From Macrostomum lignano (Eukaryota), in NCBI GenBank assembly GCA_002269645.1, contig NIVC01004614.1:1-40469 (forward strand): 40,469 bases of DNA, written 5' to 3'. The notes under the pieces are model-generated. The model was not told the DNA's origin. It worked only from the letters and a program-made list of their open reading frames with translations, and did no database searches. Shown here piece after piece: positions 33,040 through 40,469 of this stretch (within the stretch, counting starts at the first letter, position 1; each line of letters opens with the position of its first letter). The position numbers and the translations under genes were made by a program.

Positions 33040-34400
33040 TAGGATGGGAAAAAATACATCGCAACAAATTTGTAATCAAATGCCTTCCAAAATGCATGCT
33101 CACTGATGTCTTCAGGTGCTAAGAGATAAGTAGGAACATTCGCATCATAAAAAAAGCTTGCTGAAAAGTTCCTTGCTTCTTCCCAAGTAAAAAGGAATCT
33201 TGCCAATGTTTAGGATCAAACAAGTACTTTAACAATGTTTTTGTACAACTTTTGTAGAGAACATGGAGAGGATCAAGTAATATGTGATCAGGAATTCAAA
33301 CATAATCGAAAAAGTACAGAACAACCTATAACACAAAACAGTGAGTCAGATCCTGATCTGGTAATAGCATAGGCCATTTGCCAAAAGACATTGCAAGTTA
33401 TATCCTCAGCAGCAACAGGAAATTTTCATGAATGGCCATGACCAACCTTAACAACATCACTTACTGCGTCGCAGGAAAGACAGCCAAATTCACTATTATA
33501 GCTTCTATGATTCAGTATACTAGCCATTGCTGGTAGGTCAAATACAGCAGTAAAAATCTCAAAGTGAACTTGAATTACTTGATACTTAACAACATAACTA
33601 TGACACTGGTTAAATCCAAGAGAGTAGAGATGTTGGCATAAAAATTCTTGCCAAAATTCTTGTCAGAAACAGAAAAAATATAACATAATAGTATTCTTGG
33701 CCCTAGATTGCAAAGTGGGAGGCAGGTTTAGAATTTGCAATTGCATAGGTCAAACTGACTTTGAAGAATGGGTATATAGTTTTGCTCCATCTGTGGAAAA
33801 GTGGAAAAATTTTTTAATAGGTATAGAGTATCTGCTATTCTGAACATAGTCTTGACTAATGTACTCTTATTGATCTTTCAGGATATCAGATTGTATATGC
33901 ACACTCTGTGTATTCTAAAATAACATCAAGGTGCTGATACAGAATGAGGCGCAATTGAAAATGGAAATCAAGATAGGCTACTTTGTTGGTCATTTGCCTA
34001 CAGCATCTCTCAGATGGACTTAGATTAGTGCAACTTGGATTCCGGCAAACTTCTTTTATAACAATCCACTGCCCAGGTAGGAAAACATTGCAAACTAAAG
34101 TCCTAGCCTGTTGCATTGTTAATTGAAGAGTCAGAACATTTGCAATGCCCAGAACTTAGAGAATGGTATCAACTCTAGACTCTGGCATGCCAAGACTTGC
34201 AGAAAGAAAAAAAAGTGCCACAGTCACAATTGTCTGCTGATAATTTTGCTTGGCAATGTTCTAGGCAATGGAACTTCAAATTGACTTAAAGAGTCTATGT
34301 CACATTGGATGATACATTGTTCCATGTCATTAAGAAAACCATCACACATCTTTGGTTGGTTGTGGATCCTCTATTTTGATCTTCTTCTTGACTTAGTCAT
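33040..34400 (-). pseudogene. Decayed CACTA/EnSpm (CMC) transposase fragment
   Basis: Across frameshifts the minus strand gives, in order: VC..CRNPSC..VAYLDFHFQLRLIL; FSTDGAK (33797-33787); ILNLPPTLQSRAKNTIM; FTAVFDLPAMASILNHRSYNSEFGCLSC (33539-33472); PDHILLDPLHVLY; EHAFWKAFDYKF (33089). This is the order of Transposase_21/CACTA motifs (TDG, NLPP, DLPA..N....GC..C, D.LH, WKA). Confidence 0.8.
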
Positions 34401-35203
34401 CTTGAATAGCACCAAAAAAGCCAAGTGCTTAAAAAATCACAATCCATGAAACACAGCTGAAAATAGCAAAAAAACTACAATATAAGGGAATAAAAATATT
34501 TACATAATGATATTAGTATACTAAGTAACAAAAAAAGATAATAAGAATCAATTATATTCTAATTATATATACCTCATATAAAAACACTATATGTTATTCT
34601 ATTAAGAATTTCCAATATACTAAAAATGAAAATCTTGCTTGCTTGTAATCGATTAGAGAAAAAATGGCTTAACCAATTTTCATGAGACTGGCACTGTTCG
34701 ATCAGAAATTTTTCTGTGACTGTACATGTATCGTGGCTAAGAAATTGCTGAATGCTAAAGGCATTAAATATTCGAAAAACATGCTTTTTTTGCAAAGGTC
34801 AAGCAAACTTTTCGACTTGAAATGCATTGTAAGAATGCTAGAGAAAAAACTGACTGGTTGAATTCTGATTCTGAAATAGATTGCATCATAACTGAATTGT
34901 AACTCCGACTTGATGGAAGCGTAGCACTAGACTTGATTTAAATTGCGTAACCATATTGTTAACTGATACTGACTGACTGAGAAACTGATTATGTCATAAC
35001 TGCTTCGTGTGATTTACTCTATGCTTGGATTTTAAAGTGTTGAATTATATAAGTGCAAAATTTGATGTTATCAAAAAGATGAGAGCTAGCCTAGAGTTGA
35101 ACAAACTAAACTGCTAAATACAGCAACGATGGTTCGAATTTTCATAAAGTATAATTTTTTTAATTAAAGCTTTTCATTGTCAGGAAAACTAAAAGACTTT
35201 TTA

Positions 35204-36790
35204 AAAAGAAGCGTCATATAAAAACCATACAAGCGTCATGTAAACAATCATTGAAGCATCATGTAAAAATCATAAAAGCGTCATGAAAAAATCATAGAAG
35301 CGTCATGCAAACAATCATAGAAGCGTCATGCAAACAATCATAGAAGCGTCATGTAAACAATCATAGAAGTGTCATGTAAACAATCATAGAAGCGTCATAT
35401 AAAAATCATAGAAGCGACATGAAAAAATCATAGAAGCGTCATGTAAAATCATAGAAGCGTCATGCAAACAATCATAGAAGCGTCATGCAAACAATCGTAG
35501 AAGCGTCATGTAAACAATCATAGAAGCGTCTTATAAAAAATCATAGAACCGTCATGTAAAAATCATAGAAGCATCATGTAAAAATCATAAAAGCATCATG
35601 CAAACAATCATTGAAGCGTCATGTAAAAATCTTAAAAGCATTATGAAAAAATCATAGAAGTGTCATGCAAATAATCATAAAAGCGTCATGCAAACAATCA
35701 TATAAGCATCATGTAAACAATCATAGAAGTGTCATGTAAAAAATCATAGAAGCGTCATGTAAAAATCATAGAAGTGTCATGAAAAAATCATAGAAGCGTC
35801 ATGCAAACAATCATAAAAGTGTCATGTAAAAAATCAAAGAAGCGTCATGTAAAAAATCAAAGAAGCGTAATGTAAACAATCATAGAAGCGTCATATAAAA
35901 ATCATAGAAGCGACATGAAAAAATCATAGAAACGTTATGTAAAATCATAGAAGCATCATGAAAAAATCATAGAAGCGTCATATAAACAATCATAGAAGCA
36001 TCATGTAAAAATCATAGAAGTGTCATGTAAACAATCATAGAAGCGTCATGTAAAAAATCATAGAAGCGACATGCAAACAATCATAGAAGCATCATGTAAA
36101 AATCAAAGAAGCGTCATATAAAGAATCATAGAAGCGTCATGTAAACAATCATTGAAGCGTCATGTAAAAATCATATAAGTGTCAGGAAAAAATCATAGAA
36201 GCGTCATGCAAACAATCATAGAAGCGTCATGTAAACAATCATAGAAGCGTCATGCAAACAATCATAGAAGCATCATGTAAAAATCAAAGAAGCGTCATAT
36301 AAACAATCATAGAAGCATCATGTAAACAATCATTGAAGCGTCATGTAAAAATCATAGAAGCGACATGAAAAAATCATACAAGCGTCATGTAAACAATCAT
36401 AGAAGTGTCATGTAAAAAATCATAGAAGAAACATGAAAAAATCATAGAAGCGTCATGTAAACAATCATATAAGCGTCATGTAAACAATCATAGAAGCGTC
36501 ATGTAAAAAATCATAGAAGTGTCATGCAAACAATCATAGAAGCGTCATGTAAAAAATCATAGAAGCGTCATGAAAAAATCATAGAGGCGTCATGTAAACA
36601 ATCATAGAAGTGTCATGTAAACAATAATAAAAGCATCATCAAAAGATCATGGAAGCCTCATATAAAAACAAATGGAAGTGTCATTTGAGAAATCATAGAA
36701 GCGTCATGGAAGAATAAAAGAAGCGTCATGTAAAAATCAAAATAAGCGTAATGTCAGACATGAAAGTAGTGTCATGTAAAAATTAAATGA
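35204..36790. repeat. 22-23-bp satellite (AAACAATCATAGAAGCGTCATGT), ~70 copies, inside Helitron B
   Basis: The unit is directly visible, with moderate divergence between copies. Confidence 0.97.
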
Positions 36791-37590
36791 AGCTATTGTG
36801 CTGTGCTGGGAAGAATTACTAAGATGTCAAGGCTCACGGAGAATAACTCAGATTATGGGGAGGGGGTTTCTGAGATGTCAGAGAAGCAAAGAAGCAAACG
36901 TCAGAAGCTACTTCAAAGTACATGTAGTTTACTCAATTTTTTATTACATTCTTTGTTGGCTCACTATGGGGGCGCTGATAGAAGAAGAGTCATGTAAAAA
37001 AGAAAAGAAGCACTATGTGTACATAAAAGAAGAGTCATTATGTCAAAGTTAAAAGATTCATTTGGGAATTGCTACGATGCCAAGGCTTGGAGGGAATCGC
37101 TATAGTGCTGTGATTCTTAAATAAGGAATTACTAAAATGTCAAGGCTTAGGGGGAAGAATTTCTGAGATTTCAAGGCTTTAGGTTGGGTTAAAGTTAGGT
37201 TTAGATCAGGTTTGGGTTGAGGGTTAGATTTTAGCAGGTTTCAAGATTAACGGGATTTTTCAGATTTCAAGGTTTATGGGGGTTATCGCTAACATGTCAA
37301 GGCTTACGGGGGAATAGCTGAGATGTCAAAGCTCATGGGGGAATAACTGAGATGTCAAGGCTAAATTCACAAGCTACATGTAGTTTATTGAAAAATGTTT
37401 TCATTATTTGTTGGCTCTTCACGGGAAGGATTGCTGATAGATAAAGTGCAATGTAAAAAATAAAAGCAGCTTCATGTTAAAGTTAAGAGATTCATTTGGG
37501 AATCCCTGCAATGTCGAGGCTTGCAGGGAATCGCTATAATGCTGTAGTGCTATAATGACTCTTGGAGAGAATTACTGAAATGTCAATGCT

Positions 37591-37626
37591 TTAAGGTTAG
37601 GGTTAGGGTTAGGGTTAAGGTTAGAA
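37591..37626 (+). repeat. Short interstitial TTAGGG-type tract
   Basis: TTAAGG (TTAGGG)3 TTAAGG TTAGAA. A decayed paralogous tract lies at ~37179-37230. Confidence 0.8.
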
Positions 37627-39659
37627 GGTTAACAGATTTTTTAAGATTTCAAGGCTTATGGGGGGGAATTGCTGAGATGTCAAGGGGGAGTTGATATGCT
37701 AAGGCTTGTAGGGGGGATTGCTGACATGTCAAGGCTTACAAGGGTTTGCTGAGGTATAATGCAAAGAGATGCTTACATGTAGTTTATTAAAAAACTTGTG
37801 CTATATTTTTTGGCTCCCCAATGGGGGGGCGCTGATTGCTAGTATTTTACTAATAAGAAAAAATGAATTTCTAATATATTATACAGTCTTTTAAGCAAGA
37901 ACTTGGTTTATAGAATATTTATCTAGCTTGGTACTCAAAAAGTTGTTTTTCTACTATTATATACAAAAATTGTTTTTTGAAAATAGCATAGCATTCTAAG
38001 TATAATTTATGACCATGTATGAAAGCAACCATTAGAACTATATATATATATATTAAGATATAGAGGGTAGGACCCTTGCGTGCACATGCTCACAGAACAA
38101 GCAGAGGGGCAGGCAACAGGCAGCGACAGCCCTTTAGAACTATCTAACATTTATATTAGTTATACAAGTTGATATATTGTCATTAAGAAAAATTTTCTAT
38201 AATTGACTAAACAATAGGCCCATACTATTCTTAAAGATAGGCTAACTAAATAAATCCTACAAAGTTGCACATATAATAACATTAGACAAAAAAGTTTCAA
38301 CTAAAAACATAAGATAAATGTAAGCCCTTATTGTATAGTATATAATATAAGGCTTATGATTATAGCCATATAATGAGTTATTTTAAGTAGAAAAACCAAG
38401 GGAAAGGGGCAATTGCCCTAATTAGGCAGAGACCTGAAAAAATCCAAGGGGAAAGGGACCAAGCAGATTTTTGCCAAAAACAGAGCTACCCACTCCCTCC
38501 CTAAGGTCTTTATCTCCAGACTAGAATTTACCCTCAACAAATTTCTGGTTGCAGTACTAGTTGAGGCCTATTTTAGCCAAAAAGCATTATTTTATTTATA
38601 GTTTTTAATCTGAATTTAGTCATAGACATATGAATTCAAATGATAGGTCTCACAAAGCTAATAGCCCCCCCCTAATAAGAAATAGAATTATACTATTTTG
38701 CAAGCTATTAGCAAATCTTAATTATTTATGATTAGATGAAAGAGTTCAGTGAATATTATAGATTAGGCCTATAGATATGGAATAAATAGCAAAATAGGCA
38801 GAAGGATTTAATTGGCCTAATCAGCAGTATGTAAATCACTTTTGGTCTAATATTTACACTTGAATAGGAAACAATAGAGGTATTTTTCCTAAAATGCAAA
38901 ATTACATATGGTATGACTACCACCACAGATTCACAGACTTAGCTAAACACCATTTGGCATTTGTGTATGGAGACAAAATTGATACAATGCTGGTGAGTTT
39001 AGAACAGCAACACGTGAAATGCTGAAAGAATGTTATATGTTTTTGGAAAGTTAGAATGTTAGAAAAAGCTAAAAAGGTAGAAAGTTGGAGTGCATAGAAT
39101 TTTTGTAAATAGCCAATTTTTCTTCAGCACATAAGGTTTCAGCTTTTTTCAATGTTGATCTTGGTAATTAGGTCAGATGTCATTTTGAATTTCATGCTCT
39201 GGATAGATTAAACCTGCTGAAAACAATGTTTTAAACAAATACATTAAAGGTAAACATAAAAAATTGTATGAATATTTGTACTTGCTTAATGGATAGAAAG
39301 TATTTTTAATTGCTGTATAACAAATAAATAAAATAGAGCCTAGCTTTTAGCAGTATATTTTCTTTTACGACTGAAGACTGTGAATGCGTAGAATCTCTAC
39401 CATGGTACTGTCCTGAACTGATATGCTTAAGTTGAAATCAAATGTATGATAATTGGCCTAATTGCAATTAAATTAGTTTAAAAAAATCAATTTTTGCACA
39501 AAAGAAATATCATTGAATTCTTGATTTCCATACAAATTAAATTGTACTTTTTAAAATTAACATAATTTTCTTGCAATTTTGCAATATTTTATGCAATTTA
39601 GGAGTCATGTGTAATTTTTCGCTCATTCATAATATGACTTTAGCCTGAAGCAACTAATA

Positions 39660-40469
39660 CGAGGGCGTTCAATAAGTTTCCGGATGCACAGAAATGAAAA
39701 GCGTCAGAGGGAAGATAAATGTCAGGCCTTTTCGAAGTACTCTCCAGCATTTGATGCACTTTTTATCCTTTCAAACCAAGTAGCAAAGCAGCCAGCCCAC
39801 TCTGACTGAGGGATGTTGAACAGGTGACTTTGGAAGGCCTCGACAGCCTGTTCCGGTGATGCAAATTGGACTCCCTTGAGCAGGCGCTTGACTTGTGGGA
39901 ACACAAAGAAGTCACATGGTGCCAAGTCGGGGCTGTAGGGTGGGTGCTGAAGCAGTTGGACGCGATTCTGCTCCATGAACTCCACAGTTAGTCGCGAGTG
40001 TGGGCCGGGGCGTTGTCCTGGTGGAGCAGCAACCCGCGATGGCGAGTCCTTGGGCGTTCTCAGCGATGGATTGCAGCACCTGGGGCTACAGTTGTTACAT
40101 ACCAGCCTGCAGTCACTGTCCACTATGTTACCAGCGGAATCATGGCTACGGGACTGCTGCAAGCCACAAAAACAGCCACCATCTGCTTGGCAACGCTTCG
40201 CGACTGCACCAGCTTTGAAGGTGGCGGGCTGCCAATGGGGTCCACTGGGCCAATTGCTGCTTGCTCTCTGGGTCAAAACAGTACACCCAGTTTCATCACA
40301 CTGACAATGTCCCAGGAGCTAGTTGATCTCTCCACCATCAAATCTTTCAAGCATTGAATGGCCAATCGATCCAGGCCTGTTTCTGCTCCTGGGTCAGGTG
40401 ATGAGACACCCAGTGTGCGGACACCTTGCTGAGGCCAAGCCTTTCATGTAGGATGGTTGAGGTGCTTCC
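39660..40469 (-). mobile_element. 3' part of a decayed mariner (DD34D) transposon; continues beyond the window
   Basis: The TA target at 39658-59 is followed by the TIR CGAGGGCGTTCAATAAGTTTCC. Across several frameshifts the minus strand reads STILHERLGLSKVSAHWVSHHLT, DE.WVYCFDPESKQQ, LHQDNAPAHT and HPPYSPDLAPCDFFVFP...GEYFEKA*. Confidence 0.93.

Larger units (their letters stand above)
34611..37842 (+). mobile_element. Non-autonomous Helitron B, related to Helitron A
   Basis: The 5' end is TCCAATATACTAAAAATGAAAATC(TTGC)n, and the ~200-bp sub-terminal block is homologous to 27620-27750. It shares the GAGATGTCAAGGCT repeats. The 3' end has a hairpin CCCC-AAT-GGGG then GATTGCTAG|T. The base before the 5' TC is T rather than A. 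Confidence 0.72.

Noticed and set aside
37591-37626. True telomere or chromosome end
   Set aside because: There are only three perfect units, internal to a repeat element, with ordinary sequence on both sides.

Overview
This is eukaryotic (metazoan) genomic DNA with no prokaryotic features. GC-rich intron-poor genes, dense minisatellites and TTAGGG-type repeats resemble a free-living flatworm such as Macrostomum, but that assignment is inference. The left ~17 kb is GC-rich and holds three host genes. (1) An intronless Turtle/IgSF9-like receptor (5 Ig + 2 FN3 + TM) broken by a 1-nt frameshift at ~3910. (2) A two-TM gene with a (QQH)n tail, split in its first TM by a full-length, intact RTE-clade LINE (7668-11749) with a perfect 14-bp TSD and a (GAA)6 tail. 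(3) A 4-exon CFAP95/C9orf135-like ciliary gene on the minus strand that the ORF track only partly shows. The right ~23 kb is an AT-rich transposon graveyard. It contains a decayed Sola2-type DDE transposase with a C-terminal PHD finger and an internal 1348-bp tandem duplication joined by a hairpin, a MITE, a probable gag remnant, two related non-autonomous Helitrons each carrying a different satellite, a decayed CACTA transposase and the end of a decayed mariner. I see no clearly new biological system. The most interesting signals are the LINE-split gene next to a frameshifted gene, satellites apparently born inside MITEs and Helitrons, and the templated duplication junction. Family assignments rest on motifs recalled from memory, not on database searches.
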